64,000 bases of DNA from a bacterium (GCA_043811915.1 JBDRMS010000001.1:14499-78498), one strand, 5' to 3'. Shown: positions 26,985 through 38,046, counted from the stretch's first letter. Translations and numbers: made by a program. The notes: a model not told the origin generated them from the letters alone.

Positions 26985-27017
26985 TGATAGATACTCCTTA
27001 TTTTGTAAGGGACTGTG

Positions 27018-27746
27018 TTATTTTTTGTCTTGAGTGGCGGATTCTTGCTTGCCTGTGGCTTGGTCTGACGAGGCTTTTTTAGTTTCTTCTCCTTCTTCTG
27101 TTTCTTCGCCTTCGCCAGCCTCTTCTTCTTTGACACCTTCGACACCTTGAACGTCTTCTGTTACCTCTTCGGCCAATTCGGCTTCCAGCTCTTCTTCGGT
27201 GCGAGGCGGCTGGACGAGAGCAATTACTTCTTCTGGTTCGTGTAGTAGCTCTACTCCCATAGGCAGCTTAAGATCGGCGACACGAATAGGCTCTTCGAAA
27301 GCTTTGAGAACAGAAATATCTATTTTTATGTCGTGAGGCAGGTCCTGGGGCAGAGCTTCCAGTTCAAGCTCGTCCAGATTGCGCACCAGCACTCCGCCTT
27401 GATCTTTAACGGCAGGAGATTCGCCGACGAAGTTCAAAGGCACGTGAGCAGTAATTTTTTCGTCCAAGCGTACCTGATAAAAATCAACATGGAGCAGCTT
27501 GCTTTTAACGGGGTGAACCTGTACTTCGCGAACCAGAACGGTGTGCTTGGTGGTGCCAAGCGATAGGTTAATGAGTGATGTGTGGCCGGCTTCTTTCAGA
27601 ACTTTGGTAAAAGCCTTTCGTTCTACCTGGAGAGCCTGGCTTTTGATGCCATGGCCATACAACACAGCCGGGACGATGTCCTGGTTACGTAGAGCATTTG
27701 ATTTACCCTGACGAGCGGTAACTTTCAGTTGAAACTGTTGCGCCAT
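27018..27746 (-). CDS. rplY: 50S ribosomal protein L25 (Ctc type)
   Basis: VPAVLYG, QVHPV..LLHVDFY, acidic tail. Confidence 0.96.
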   Translation of the reverse strand: MAQQFQLKVTARQGKSNALRNQDIVPAVLYGHGIKSQALQVERKAFTKVLKEAGHTSLINLSLGTTKHTVLVREVQVHPVKSKLLHVDFYQVRLDEKITAHVPLNFVGESPAVKDQGGVLVRNLDELELEALPQDLPHDIKIDISVLKAFEEPIRVADLKLPMGVELLHEPEEVIALVQPPRTEEELEAELAEEVTEDVQGVEGVKEEEAGEGEETEEGEETKKASSDQATGKQESATQDKK

Positions 27747-27768
27747 AATCTATGGCGTATACCGTAAG

Positions 27769-28101
27769 TTACTTCTTGGATTTAGTCAATTCTTTTACGG
27801 CCTTGCGCTGATTTTTTTCCAGGAGTTCATATATGGCCAGAAATTCGTCGCTGGAAATGTCCTCTCCACCCATAAAGTGTTTTGTATCTTCTATAGTCAT
27901 GTCGGTGACGAGTCCCAGACTTACGATGCCAAGACCAGACATAGCAACAATAGCAATAATAGAACTTTCACATTCGGAACAGGTAATATAAACCATAGTG
28001 GCTTCATTCTCTTCACCAATAACCTGGGCACCGTCGAGATCATACTCGGCGCTGCAGAAGGGGCAGCGAGTGACCAAATGCATGCTTTCATCGAACACCA
28101 T
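27769..28101 (-). CDS. Zn-ribbon hypothetical protein
   Basis: CPFC...CSEC, GLVTDMT. Confidence 0.75.
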   Translation of the reverse strand: MVFDESMHLVTRCPFCSAEYDLDGAQVIGEENEATMVYITCSECESSIIAIVAMSGLGIVSLGLVTDMTIEDTKHFMGGEDISSDEFLAIYELLEKNQRKAVKELTKSKK

Positions 28102-28155
28102 GATACTTTGTATGGTAACTCGAAATAATAAAATTGTCAAACACGGTTTTGAACA

Positions 28156-29274
28156 CTAAAAATGTGCAATCTCTTCGGGAGGTTGGCGCACCCACTTGTT
28201 GTATAAATGCACTGACTGAACAATGGCTAATAGAATAATGGTGCTAATAAGGTTTGATCCTCCGTAACTTAACAGAGGTAGTGGAATACCGGTGACTGGA
28301 AGTAATCCCATATTCATACCGGCACTAACAAAAAAACTAAGCAGGAGAAGAGAAAAAACTCCCACGGCCAGGTATTGGCCAAATGGATCGCGAGTTATGC
28401 GAGCTATTTGTATTATCCGCCTTAAGAGAAGGACATAAAGAACCACAACCAGAGCGACGCCGACGAAGCCGAGCTCCTCGCCAATGCTGGCCAGTATAAA
28501 ATCGGTATGCTGCTCAGGAAGAAATTTAAGTTGTGACTGTGGGCCGTGGCCTAAACCACGGCCGAAAAAATGTCCGGATCCTAGTGCAACAATTGACTGA
28601 ACAACATTATAACCAGCGCCTAAGGGATCACTGGCTGGATCGAGAAAAATAATGAGTCGAGCTTTTTGATAGGCAGCGAAAAGCCATTGCCAGGCGGCTA
28701 GAAAGCCGAAAAAGCCGAATAGTCCCAGTAAAGCGATAATGCGCCAGGAAGTACCGACAAAGACAACAATAGCGGCCCAGACAAGGATCATAAGAGTAGC
28801 CACGCCAATATCGGGCTCAAGGGCTATTAGTAATACAGTCAAACCAGCTAGCAGCGCGCTGCTAACCAGCGTAGTCGGATTGGTAGGATAGCGCCGGGCA
28901 AACAACCAGGCCAGAATAATAATTAGAGCGATTTTCATGAACTCTGATGGCTGCATTTGCATACCCATAAATTCAAGTCTGGAGGTGGTGCCGCGAATGA
29001 CGAGTCCAGTTTGGGAAACAATAATCAAACCCGCCAGCCCCACTGCATAAATGATGACGGCGTAACGGCGAAGAAAGTGATAAGGGAATATACTAATAAC
29101 GACGTAAGCAATAATGCCAAGGCAAAAAGATGCTAGTTGGCGTAAGAAACGGGGTGATAAAAGCTGATCATCTGGCCCGGTACTGAGTAGCATAGTTAGC
29201 CCAAAAACAACCAAAAGAAAAGCAGCACCAGTTAAAATCCAGTCAAAGGAAATAACAATTTCTCTAAAACGCAT
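28156..29274 (-). CDS. rodA: Rod shape-determining protein RodA (SEDS)
   Basis: QPSEFMK, EPDIG, LPEQHTDFI, TGIPLPLLSYGGS. Confidence 0.93.
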   Translation of the reverse strand: MRFREIVISFDWILTGAAFLLVVFGLTMLLSTGPDDQLLSPRFLRQLASFCLGIIAYVVISIFPYHFLRRYAVIIYAVGLAGLIIVSQTGLVIRGTTSRLEFMGMQMQPSEFMKIALIIILAWLFARRYPTNPTTLVSSALLAGLTVLLIALEPDIGVATLMILVWAAIVVFVGTSWRIIALLGLFGFFGFLAAWQWLFAAYQKARLIIFLDPASDPLGAGYNVVQSIVALGSGHFFGRGLGHGPQSQLKFLPEQHTDFILASIGEELGFVGVALVVVLYVLLLRRIIQIARITRDPFGQYLAVGVFSLLLLSFFVSAGMNMGLLPVTGIPLPLLSYGGSNLISTIILLAIVQSVHLYNKWVRQPPEEIAHF

Positions 29275-29275
29275 A

Positions 29276-30046
29276 TTACCTCAGCAGGCCGGGGTCGCCA
29301 GTCACATTTAAAATGTTGTCCTCCTTAAAGACATTGGTGGCAGGCAACACAATGACACGCTGGGTGGGCGTAGTTGGAGCTGGCCACTCGATAGTGAATT
29401 CGCGCTGCTGCCCGACATTGAATTCGCCAATAAACGTTTTACCAATGCCAACTACTTTATCTTCAGCGTCAAAGGCCACGCCGGTGATGTCAACATGACG
29501 CCAGCTAAGCGCGCCGGTATTGGTAACAATGCCTTTTTGTATTTCAACCTGTTTGTCACCTAGAGGGCGAGTAGTCCGGCCGCGCAGGAAGGAGTTGAAA
29601 GTGGGTGGGGAAATTGAAACAGGTACAGCAGCAAAAACAGGCTGCTCCGGGGTTTCAATGGCTACACGCGCTACAGGAGAAGAAGTAACGATTTCGAGCT
29701 GAGCCAGATAATTAAGGCTGCCGGGTAAAAGGTAAGTTGTTTCTTTTATACGATTAAGCTCACGGCCTGCTTCGTCATACAAGACAAAGATTATAGTATA
29801 TTCCGGGATGCCGGCGCGGGGATTAGGGTTACGCACGCGGGCCACTATATCTACACTGTCGTCGTGAGACACAGTGTCTATGCTTTCTATGACAACAGAC
29901 TCAGGTTGAACCAATTGGCCTGGTCCGGTGGATCTATGTAAAAACGGCAGTCTGGGGACAATAAAGACAGCCAGGACAACAAAAATAATGCTCAGAAAGA
30001 CTAGCGCATAAGTGGTCTTTTTCACGGTGCGGCGTAGGCTCAACAT
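29276..30046 (-). CDS. Membrane-anchored Ig-like (FxLYD-type) protein
   Basis: N-terminal TM; FVLYD and VAFDA beta-rich domains. Confidence 0.7.
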   Translation of the reverse strand: MLSLRRTVKKTTYALVFLSIIFVVLAVFIVPRLPFLHRSTGPGQLVQPESVVIESIDTVSHDDSVDIVARVRNPNPRAGIPEYTIIFVLYDEAGRELNRIKETTYLLPGSLNYLAQLEIVTSSPVARVAIETPEQPVFAAVPVSISPPTFNSFLRGRTTRPLGDKQVEIQKGIVTNTGALSWRHVDITGVAFDAEDKVVGIGKTFIGEFNVGQQREFTIEWPAPTTPTQRVIVLPATNVFKEDNILNVTGDPGLLR

Positions 30047-30062
30047 GAATATATTGTAACCC

Positions 30063-30087
30063 GTAACTAGTAACTAGTAACTAGTAA
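30063..30087. repeat. Heptamer tandem repeat (GTAACTA)
   Basis: gtaactagtaactagtaactagtaat in a divergent promoter region. Confidence 0.8.
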
Positions 30088-30120
30088 TTTTTGTGGTGTA
30101 TAATGGTGGGCTAAGGTTTT

Positions 30121-33100
30121 ATGTCAGATTTTACTCATCTTCACGTTCATTCCCATTATTCCCTGCTGGACGGACTGGGCAAGATTGAACTGTTGTTAGA
30201 ACGGGTTAAGGAGCTGGGTATGGACAGTTTAGCTTTAACGGATCACGGGGTTATGTATGGGGTAATCGACTTTGTACGTACGGCACAAAATATGGATATT
30301 AAGCCGATTATTGGAATGGAGGCGTATTTAGCGCCGGAAGGGCATAAGCTTAAGCGAGGCAGAGTTGATGCGAGCGCGCGCCACTTAACTTTACTGGCAC
30401 AGAACAACGAAGGCTACCAGAACCTGATTAACCTGACGACGGCGGCGCATCTGGAGGGCTATTACTATAAACCCAGGATTGATTATGACCTTTTGTCTGA
30501 ACATGGGGAGGGTTTGATAGTGTTGTCCGGCTGCTTGAATGGCGATATTGCCAGAGCTATTGCGGAACACCGACGTGATGAGGCAGATCAATTAATACGC
30601 TGGCATTTGGACGTGTTTGGTCGGGAGCGCTTTTACCTGGAGGTACAAAGTCATGTAACGATTAACGAGCAAAAAGTAGTGAACGAGGCACTGATTGACT
30701 TCAGCAAAAAATATAAGCTGGGGCTGGTAGCCACGGCGGACACACACTATATACATGCCGATGATGCTGAAGCCCAGGATGTACTGTTGTGTGTACAAAC
30801 AGGCAAGGTAGTACAGGACAAAGACCGCATGTGCATGCTGGGAGAAGATTTTTCCTTAAAATCTCCGAAAGAGATGCGGGAAATATGGAAAGGGCACCCG
30901 TCGGCCATTGAGAATACTCAAAAAATTTCTGCCATGTGCCAGGTGAACCTTGAGTTCGGCTCAAGTAAGTTGCCGCATTATCCCCTGCCCAGGGGGATAA
31001 GTGCCAACAATGCCCTGCGAGGAATGTGCGAACAACGTCTGCTGGAGTGCTATCAAAAGGACGACCAACGCCAGGCGGCGCAGCGACGCCTTGATTATGA
31101 ACTAGGCGTAATAACCAAAACAGGCTTTGCTTCGTACTTTCTAATCGTGGCTGATTTTGTCAATGAGGCCAAGAAGCGCGGCATTCTAGTGGGTCCGGGT
31201 CGAGGCAGTGCCGCAGGTAGCATAGTATCGTATCTGACAAATATTACTGGCTTAGATCCTCTGCATTACAATTTATTGTTCGAGCGCTTCTTGAACCCGG
31301 AACGTGTGTCTATGCCTGATATCGACCTTGATTTTGCTGATGATCGCCGGGACGAAGTAATAGATTATGTACGGGAAAAGTATGGTAACCAGCACGTAGC
31401 CCAAATTATTACATTCGGGACTATGGCGGCGCGGGCGGCGGTGCGCGACGCGGGTCGCGCGCTGGGCTTCCCTTATGTATTTTGCGACCGGGTGGCCAAG
31501 TCTGTTCCTCCTTTTCTGACCTTCGAGCAAGCATTGGATCAGTCGGGAGAGTTGCGCGAAATGTATGACGAAGATCCCCAAGCCAAACGCTTAATTGATA
31601 CAGCACGAAAATTGGAAGGAGTGTGCCGTCATGCTTCTACTCATGCCGCTGGAGTGGTAATCACGGAGGAGCCATTGATAAAACATGTGCCATTGCAATT
31701 GGCCAGCACCAGTAAAGACCAAGGGGACGTCGTGGTTACTCAATACGCAATGAACGACGTGGAAGCCCTGGGTTTGCTGAAGATGGATTTTCTGGGACTG
31801 AAGAACTTGACTATTATCCAAGATACAATAGATAGAATTAGAGCCAGACATGACAAGAAAATTGATATTAATAACTTGCCCTTGGATGATGAAGCAACCT
31901 ATCAATTACTGAAGGAAGGAAAAACCACGGGAGTATTTCAATTGGAATCGGCTGGCATGAAGCGCTGGCTCAAAGAGCTTAAGCCGACGGAGTTTGAGGA
32001 CATTATCTCGATGGTAGCCTTGTACCGGCCTGGGCCGATGGATTCTATTCCGGATTTTGTGGCAGCCAAACACGGGCGCCGGGATATTACTTACTTACAT
32101 CCAATCTTGAAACCAATCCTGGAAAAGACCTACGGCGTAATTGTCACGCAGGACCAGGTACTGCAGATAGCGAGAGAGTTTGCCGGTTTTACGTATGGCG
32201 AGGCAGATATTTTGCGCAAGGCAGTGGGAAAGAAAATAAAAAAACTTTTGGCAGAACAACGGGAAAAATTCGTACACGGAGCGGCGAGTAATAAAAAAAT
32301 AGATAAAAAAACTGCAGTAAGAGTGTGGGACTTTATTGAGCCATTTGCACGTTATGGATTTAATCGAGCTCACGCGGCTTGTTATGCCATGATTGCGTAT
32401 CAAACGGCATATTTGAAAGCTAAGCACCCGGCCGAATTTATGGCAGCGCTGTTGACCAGCGACGAAGGCAACGTAGACCGGCAAGCTATTGAGGTGGCCG
32501 AGGCTTTAAGTTTAAATTTGAAGGTACTGCCCCCTGATGTTAACGAAAGTGATCATAATTTTACGGTGGTGACGGTGGACGGGGAAGAAGTTATTAGATT
32601 TGGACTGGGGGCGATAAAGAATGTCGGCGAAGGCGTAGTGACGGCTTTAGTGGAAGAGCGGGAGGAGAATGGAAAGTATACGGATTTGTTGGATGTGTTC
32701 CGTCGGGCAAATTCAAAAGACTTTAATCGCAAATCAGTGGAAAGCTTAATCCGGGCCGGTGCCTTTGATTGTCTGGCGGAACGTAATTATTTATTGGAAA
32801 ATCTGGAAAAGTTATTGAATTTTAACCGTTCCCTGCACCGAAAAATTGATGCTGGCCAGCAAGGTTTGTTTGGTAACTCCAGCACGCCATTGTCCCCGCC
32901 TAGAATTTCGCTTGATGAGGTGCCAGCGGCAAGTCAGGATGAATGTCTGGCCTGGGAAAAAGAGCTACTGGGATTGTATATATCTGATCACCCTTTAAAA
33001 AATCTGGCTGGTGATCTGCAGGACGTGGCCACCCCGCTGGCGGAGCTTACTGTATTGTCCACAGCAGGAGAAGCGGCAAGGGTCAGGGTGGCTGGCATTA

Positions 33101-33636
33101 TTACCCGCATAACAAGAATTACCACTAAGCGTCAGCAGCAAATGATGTTTGTACAACTGGAGGATATGGCTGGCAAGGTTGAGGTGCTGGTTTTCCCGAC
33201 GCTGCTGGAAAAAACAGAGGATTTGTGGGTAGACGGTGTTAAGGTTCTGGTCGAAGGAAAAATATCAGATAAGGAAGGCGAAGTAAAGGTGCTGGCGGAT
33301 GCCGTTTGGGTAATTGAAGCCACATCGTTGGCAGCGACGGTTAAATCCTTGCCACCGTTAAAAAATGGTTATCAACCGGCCAAGCCTTCTTCTGAATCTG
33401 CCCGGCGGATGGTTATTCGCCTGCAAAATACTTTGCCAAAGGACGCTTTGCATAAATTGCGTCAAGTGCTGACAGAATATAATAAAGGAAAAGAGGGCAA
33501 CATGTTAGTTGAACTGCAAGTTCAACGCAACGGTGGCTTTGATACAATAGCAACTAATTTTTGCTTACCGCGGGATACAGCGGTGGCAGACTTGTTGGAG
33601 GAGATAGTGGGTCAACAGGCATTGGATTACAGATAG
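30121..33636 (+). CDS. dnaE: DNA polymerase III alpha subunit
   Basis: HLHVHSHYSLLDG, GRGSAAGS, MPDIDLDF, YGFNRAH. Confidence 0.98.
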   Translation: MSDFTHLHVHSHYSLLDGLGKIELLLERVKELGMDSLALTDHGVMYGVIDFVRTAQNMDIKPIIGMEAYLAPEGHKLKRGRVDASARHLTLLAQNNEGYQNLINLTTAAHLEGYYYKPRIDYDLLSEHGEGLIVLSGCLNGDIARAIAEHRRDEADQLIRWHLDVFGRERFYLEVQSHVTINEQKVVNEALIDFSKKYKLGLVATADTHYIHADDAEAQDVLLCVQTGKVVQDKDRMCMLGEDFSLKSPKEMREIWKGHPSAIENTQKISAMCQVNLEFGSSKLPHYPLPRGISANNALRGMCEQRLLECYQKDDQRQAAQRRLDYELGVITKTGFASYFLIVADFVNEAKKRGILVGPGRGSAAGSIVSYLTNITGLDPLHYNLLFERFLNPERVSMPDIDLDFADDRRDEVIDYVREKYGNQHVAQIITFGTMAARAAVRDAGRALGFPYVFCDRVAKSVPPFLTFEQALDQSGELREMYDEDPQAKRLIDTARKLEGVCRHASTHAAGVVITEEPLIKHVPLQLASTSKDQGDVVVTQYAMNDVEALGLLKMDFLGLKNLTIIQDTIDRIRARHDKKIDINNLPLDDEATYQLLKEGKTTGVFQLESAGMKRWLKELKPTEFEDIISMVALYRPGPMDSIPDFVAAKHGRRDITYLHPILKPILEKTYGVIVTQDQVLQIAREFAGFTYGEADILRKAVGKKIKKLLAEQREKFVHGAASNKKIDKKTAVRVWDFIEPFARYGFNRAHAACYAMIAYQTAYLKAKHPAEFMAALLTSDEGNVDRQAIEVAEALSLNLKVLPPDVNESDHNFTVVTVDGEEVIRFGLGAIKNVGEGVVTALVEEREENGKYTDLLDVFRRANSKDFNRKSVESLIRAGAFDCLAERNYLLENLEKLLNFNRSLHRKIDAGQQGLFGNSSTPLSPPRISLDEVPAASQDECLAWEKELLGLYISDHPLKNLAGDLQDVATPLAELTVLSTAGEAARVRVAGIITRITRITTKRQQQMMFVQLEDMAGKVEVLVFPTLLEKTEDLWVDGVKVLVEGKISDKEGEVKVLADAVWVIEATSLAATVKSLPPLKNGYQPAKPSSESARRMVIRLQNTLPKDALHKLRQVLTEYNKGKEGNMLVELQVQRNGGFDTIATNFCLPRDTAVADLLEEIVGQQALDYR

Positions 33637-33639
33637 TCT

Positions 33640-34773
33640 ATGCAGATTATCGTTCCGCGTCGTTCTATTTTGTTTTTGGCCGTATTGATTTCGGCCATTA
33701 TTGTCATGGGTTTGGCTTATGTTTATTTGCCACAAGCGCACATCACAGTAAGCCCCCTGGTTAAGAGCCGAACAATAGACCAGGAAATTATTTTATCCAG
33801 TTCAGCGAATGAACCTGATTTTGTGCACTTCATTTTACCAACTAAGGTGGTGCACAGAGAGGTAAAAGAGAGTCAGTTGTTTGAACAATCTACCACAAAT
33901 AAATTTGAGGACTTTGCGCGCGGAGAGGTGATCTTGTTTAACAGTCAGGAAGATGAACAACGTCTGCTGCCAAAAACGCATTTGCGGCATGAGGAAAGCG
34001 GTGTTTTCTTTTTGACCGATGCAGCCGTTGTCATACCACCACAAGGAGAAATAAAAGTAACGGTAACAGCCAGGGAAAAAGGTGAGACGGGTAACGTTGC
34101 GGCAGGTCGATGGCTGGTTGATAAATTACCGGCCAGTTTGCAAAGCCGCGTTTATGGAGAAAGTTCGGTGCCTTTTGGCGGAGGAATGGCGGCAGAGACC
34201 CCGTTGACGGAGGCGGAGTTAGAGCAAGCAAAAGAGAAGATACTGGCAGGCGCCCGGAGTCGCCTGGCAGGAGAGTTAACGGTGGCAGCGGGCGGGGCGC
34301 ACATTAGAGATGATCTTGTTTTGTATAGTGATGAGGTTACCGAGGCGTCGGTGGAGACCGGCAGCCGGGCCAGTCAATTTACGGTGACAACTTCTATGGC
34401 AGCCCGCGCTTTCCTGGTGGATGAAAATGATCTTTTAAGCTTGACTTTGCTTACTTTGCGCCAATCGGCCGGAGCAGAAGAGGAATTTATTGCTTTTGCG
34501 CCCGATTCTTTTAAGGTTGTAATTCAGCGCAGCGACTTTGAGCGTGGTGAGGCAGTGGTACTGGGAACGTTAACGGGCTCTTTTGCCAGTAAAATAGGGT
34601 CAGCGGTGTTTGGTGGTGAAAACCTGGCCGGCTTGGGTGAGAGTGAAGTTAGAGAAGTGTTACAGCGACAAACGGGGATTGGTGAAGTTAAAGTGAATTT
34701 TTCCCCTTTCTGGGTGCGGACAGTGCCGGCTAGAAAGGGAGCGGTAGAAATTTCAGCAACTAGTAATCAGTAA
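33640..34773 (+). CDS. Membrane-anchored hypothetical protein with a baseplate J/gp47-like segment
   Basis: ARGEVILFN, VTAREKGETGNV, FSPFWVRTVP. Confidence 0.65.
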   Translation: MQIIVPRRSILFLAVLISAIIVMGLAYVYLPQAHITVSPLVKSRTIDQEIILSSSANEPDFVHFILPTKVVHREVKESQLFEQSTTNKFEDFARGEVILFNSQEDEQRLLPKTHLRHEESGVFFLTDAAVVIPPQGEIKVTVTAREKGETGNVAAGRWLVDKLPASLQSRVYGESSVPFGGGMAAETPLTEAELEQAKEKILAGARSRLAGELTVAAGGAHIRDDLVLYSDEVTEASVETGSRASQFTVTTSMAARAFLVDENDLLSLTLLTLRQSAGAEEEFIAFAPDSFKVVIQRSDFERGEAVVLGTLTGSFASKIGSAVFGGENLAGLGESEVREVLQRQTGIGEVKVNFSPFWVRTVPARKGAVEISATSNQ

Positions 34774-34802
34774 CCGGTAATGTGCTAAGATACGGTTAGT
34801 GT

Positions 34803-36545
34803 ATGTCTGAAGAGATTAGCAAGAATAAACTGGAGGCGATGCGCCATACGGCGGCGCATGTGCTGGCAGCGGCTTCGCAGCAGTTGAAACCGGAAACGCG
34901 GTTGGGAGTAGGGCCATGTACGGAAACTGGATTTTTCCATGATATTGACGTGGACGATAATTGGACAGCGGAGGATTTGCCGACGCTGCAGAAAAAGATG
35001 GAGGAGATAAAGAAGATGGACTTGCCGATTAAGCAACGGGAGGTGAGAAAGGACGAAGCGCGAGAGTTGTTTAAAAACGATTCTTTTAAGCTGGGGCTAA
35101 TTGACGAAATTAAAGGAGACAAAGTCGGCGTGTCAGACATGGGTGAAGGATTCTTTGTCACGTTGTGTGAGGGTGATCATGCTAAGTCGACGGGTGATAT
35201 CGGGCATTTTAAATTGACGCACTTATCGGGAGTGTACTGGCGAGGCGATGAGAAAAAGCCGCAGTTGCAACGCATATTCGGCGTGCAGGCACCGACTAAA
35301 AAAGAACTGGACGAGTATTTAGAATTATTGACAGAGGCGAAAAAGAGAGATCATCGCAAGTTGGGGAAAAAGCTGGATTTGTTTACATTCTCTCCCCTGG
35401 TGGGGGCCGGGCTGCCGTTGTTTACGCCGCGGGGAACGATAATTGGGTACGAACTTGAAGATTTTTTGCAATCAATCCAGGAACCATTTGGTTATCAGCC
35501 GGTGTTTATACCGCATATTACGAAAAGGGCGCTATATGAAAAATCCGGCCACTGGGACAAATTTCATGAAGATTTATTCCATGTTAAAAGCAAGAGCGGC
35601 GATGATTTTGTGTTGAAGCCAATGAATTGTCCGCACCACACGCAAATTTATGCGGCGCGCAGGCGAAGTTATAAGGATTTGCCGCTGCGCTACTCGGAGG
35701 TGACGACGGTCTATCGCGATGAGCAAGCGGGAGAGTTGCAGGGACTGACGAGGGTACGAGCCATTACACAGGACGATGCGCATGTCTTTTGCCGACCAGG
35801 CCAGATCGAACAAGAGGTGGACGGCGTGCTGGATATTTTCGACCAGTTTTATAAAGTATTTGATTTTAAGCTGGCGCCGCGCTTGTCACTGCGCGACCCT
35901 AATCAGCCGCAAAAATACCTGGGAGATGATAAAGTCTGGCAACGATCGGAGAGTGTTTTAAGAAAATTGATTAAAAAGCGCAAGATGAATGTTATAGAGC
36001 AAGAGGGCGAAGCGGCCTTCTACGGACCAAAAATTGATTTCATAGCGACGGACGCCTTAAAACGCGAGTGGCAGCTGGCGACAATACAGCTTGATTTCAA
36101 TATGCCGACTCGCTTTAGTCTTACATTTACGGATGCCGACGGTAAAGAACAGACGCCGGTGATGATTCACCGGGCGGTGATGGGGGCTTTGGAGAGATTT
36201 ATGGCCATATTGCTGGAGCATTACGCCGGCGCGCTGCCGCTGTGGCTGTCCCCTACTCAAGCTGTAGTACTGCCCATTTCTGATGATCAAAATGAATACG
36301 CGTACAGGATATTAGAGGATTTAAAGAAGAATAATATTCGGGCAGAAGTTGATGAGCGAAGTGAAAGTATAGGAAAAAAGATTCGTGAGGCGGAAATTAT
36401 GAAAGTGCCGGTAATGTTGATTGTGGGAAAAAAAGAGGTGGAAAAAAGCGAGGTGTCGGTGCGAGACAGAGACGGCGATAAGGGTTCGGTAGCTTTGGAC
36501 AAGGCTATAAAGGATATTGCCCAAAAGATTGACAAGAAAAGTTAG
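34803..36545 (+). CDS. thrS: Threonyl-tRNA synthetase
   Basis: RHTAAH, RDHRKLG, KPMNCP, AFYGPK, MIHRA. Confidence 0.97.
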   Translation: MSEEISKNKLEAMRHTAAHVLAAASQQLKPETRLGVGPCTETGFFHDIDVDDNWTAEDLPTLQKKMEEIKKMDLPIKQREVRKDEARELFKNDSFKLGLIDEIKGDKVGVSDMGEGFFVTLCEGDHAKSTGDIGHFKLTHLSGVYWRGDEKKPQLQRIFGVQAPTKKELDEYLELLTEAKKRDHRKLGKKLDLFTFSPLVGAGLPLFTPRGTIIGYELEDFLQSIQEPFGYQPVFIPHITKRALYEKSGHWDKFHEDLFHVKSKSGDDFVLKPMNCPHHTQIYAARRRSYKDLPLRYSEVTTVYRDEQAGELQGLTRVRAITQDDAHVFCRPGQIEQEVDGVLDIFDQFYKVFDFKLAPRLSLRDPNQPQKYLGDDKVWQRSESVLRKLIKKRKMNVIEQEGEAAFYGPKIDFIATDALKREWQLATIQLDFNMPTRFSLTFTDADGKEQTPVMIHRAVMGALERFMAILLEHYAGALPLWLSPTQAVVLPISDDQNEYAYRILEDLKKNNIRAEVDERSESIGKKIREAEIMKVPVMLIVGKKEVEKSEVSVRDRDGDKGSVALDKAIKDIAQKIDKKS

Positions 36546-37159
36546 AACTTGAGGGGGATTTTTGAGACTTCGGGTTCGGATTCGTCTTTGGTGCCGGCGA
36601 CGGATTCTTCTTCTTCCAGCTTGAGATCACCAATTTGTTTTTCCAGGGACTCGGTAAGACGGACAAATTCCCTTTGCACGTTGTCATATTCCTTGTGCAG
36701 TTCCTGAAGCTGGCCCAGGGTTTGCTGGGCCAGTTTAAATGATTCTTCTGATTTCTGCTTAAGGCTGGCGACAACTTCGACGGGCGCTTCTTCGGCACGA
36801 GTGCGTACTTGTTCCAGGCTGTCTATTAGCAATTCAGCTTGAGGTAGAAAAGTTTCCGGTTTGCTCTTGGGATCGTTGAGAAGTTCTCTTAAGCGGGTAG
36901 CGTCATTTGATACATACAGAAGGGATATTTCGAGACGTTTTTCTTTATCCTGAATTACAAACTGCTCGCCCTTGCGTTTTAGGCGCACGGCGTAGGTGCG
37001 GCCTTTCTCCAGGGCGCTTTTATCTTTAAATAATGAGGATGCCTTGTCTGGAATGCTGGAAAAGTTTTCCGGGTTTATTTTAACTTCAATGACATCCCCG
37101 ATCACGGCGGCAATAATAGCCAAGCCTACGAAGATGGATACGATTTTTATTTTCGGCAT
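36542..37159 (-). CDS. Membrane-anchored coiled-coil hypothetical protein
   Basis: N-terminal TM, helical body. Confidence 0.7.
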   Translation of the reverse strand: MPKIKIVSIFVGLAIIAAVIGDVIEVKINPENFSSIPDKASSLFKDKSALEKGRTYAVRLKRKGEQFVIQDKEKRLEISLLYVSNDATRLRELLNDPKSKPETFLPQAELLIDSLEQVRTRAEEAPVEVVASLKQKSEESFKLAQQTLGQLQELHKEYDNVQREFVRLTESLEKQIGDLKLEEEESVAGTKDESEPEVSKIPLKF

Positions 37160-37179
37160 ATTATATATGATTATACCCT

Positions 37180-38046
37180 ATGATTGTAATTTTAGGGCCA
37201 ACGGCCTCGGGAAAAACTGATTTGGGTATTAAACTGGCTAAAGAGAGGAATGGGGCGGTTATTTCGGCGGATTCGCGTCAGTTGTACAAGGGAATGAATA
37301 TTGGGACAGCCAAGCCAGAATTAAATAATTCAAGTGCGGACGGCGTTGAACATTATGGTTTTGATATGCGCGAGCCGGATAACCTGATAACACTGGCGGA
37401 ATGGCAGCGAGAGGCATTTGCCATGATTGATGACGTCATCGCCCGGAATATGACCCCCCTGCTAGTGGGCGGCACTATGTTGTACATAGACAGCGTGGTG
37501 GATAACTATGATATTCCGGCGGTGGGGCCGAATAAGCAACTGCGGCGGAAGCTGGAAAAAAAGCCGGCTGATGAATTGTACGAGGAGTTGTTAAGAAAGG
37601 ATCCGGCGGCTAAAATTTTTATTGAACCGGGTAATAAGCGACGGATAATAAGGGCGCTGGAAGTTATCGAGGCAACAGGGAATCCGTTTTCGGAGCAGCG
37701 GAAAAAGCGCGAGCCGCGTTATGATGTGGAGATGGTCGGCCTTTTTCCTGGCTGGGATAAATTGCGAGATAGAATAACGAAGCGGGCCCGACAAATGCTT
37801 GAGGCTGGCCTGATCGATGAAACGAGGCGACTGCAGGAAAAATATGGGAAAGATTTATCTTTATTGCAGACTATGAACTACAAACAAGCGGCAGCTGTGT
37901 TGGAAAACAAAATGACGGAACAGGAGGCAGTTGAAGAGATGATAAAAGTGAATATGCGTTATGCGAGGCGGCAAATGAGCTGGTGGCGGAGGCGGAAAGA
38001 TATCAGATGGTTTACCAATTCGAAATCTGTTTTTTCAGAATATTAA
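37180..38046 (+). CDS. miaA: tRNA dimethylallyltransferase
   Basis: GPTASGKT, ADSRQLY, VGGT, YARRQ. Confidence 0.96.
   Translation: MIVILGPTASGKTDLGIKLAKERNGAVISADSRQLYKGMNIGTAKPELNNSSADGVEHYGFDMREPDNLITLAEWQREAFAMIDDVIARNMTPLLVGGTMLYIDSVVDNYDIPAVGPNKQLRRKLEKKPADELYEELLRKDPAAKIFIEPGNKRRIIRALEVIEATGNPFSEQRKKREPRYDVEMVGLFPGWDKLRDRITKRARQMLEAGLIDETRRLQEKYGKDLSLLQTMNYKQAAAVLENKMTEQEAVEEMIKVNMRYARRQMSWWRRRKDIRWFTNSKSVFSEY

Noticed and set aside
30121-33636. Intein in DnaE (also considered for GyrB)
   Set aside because: Normal lengths and no intein splice motifs
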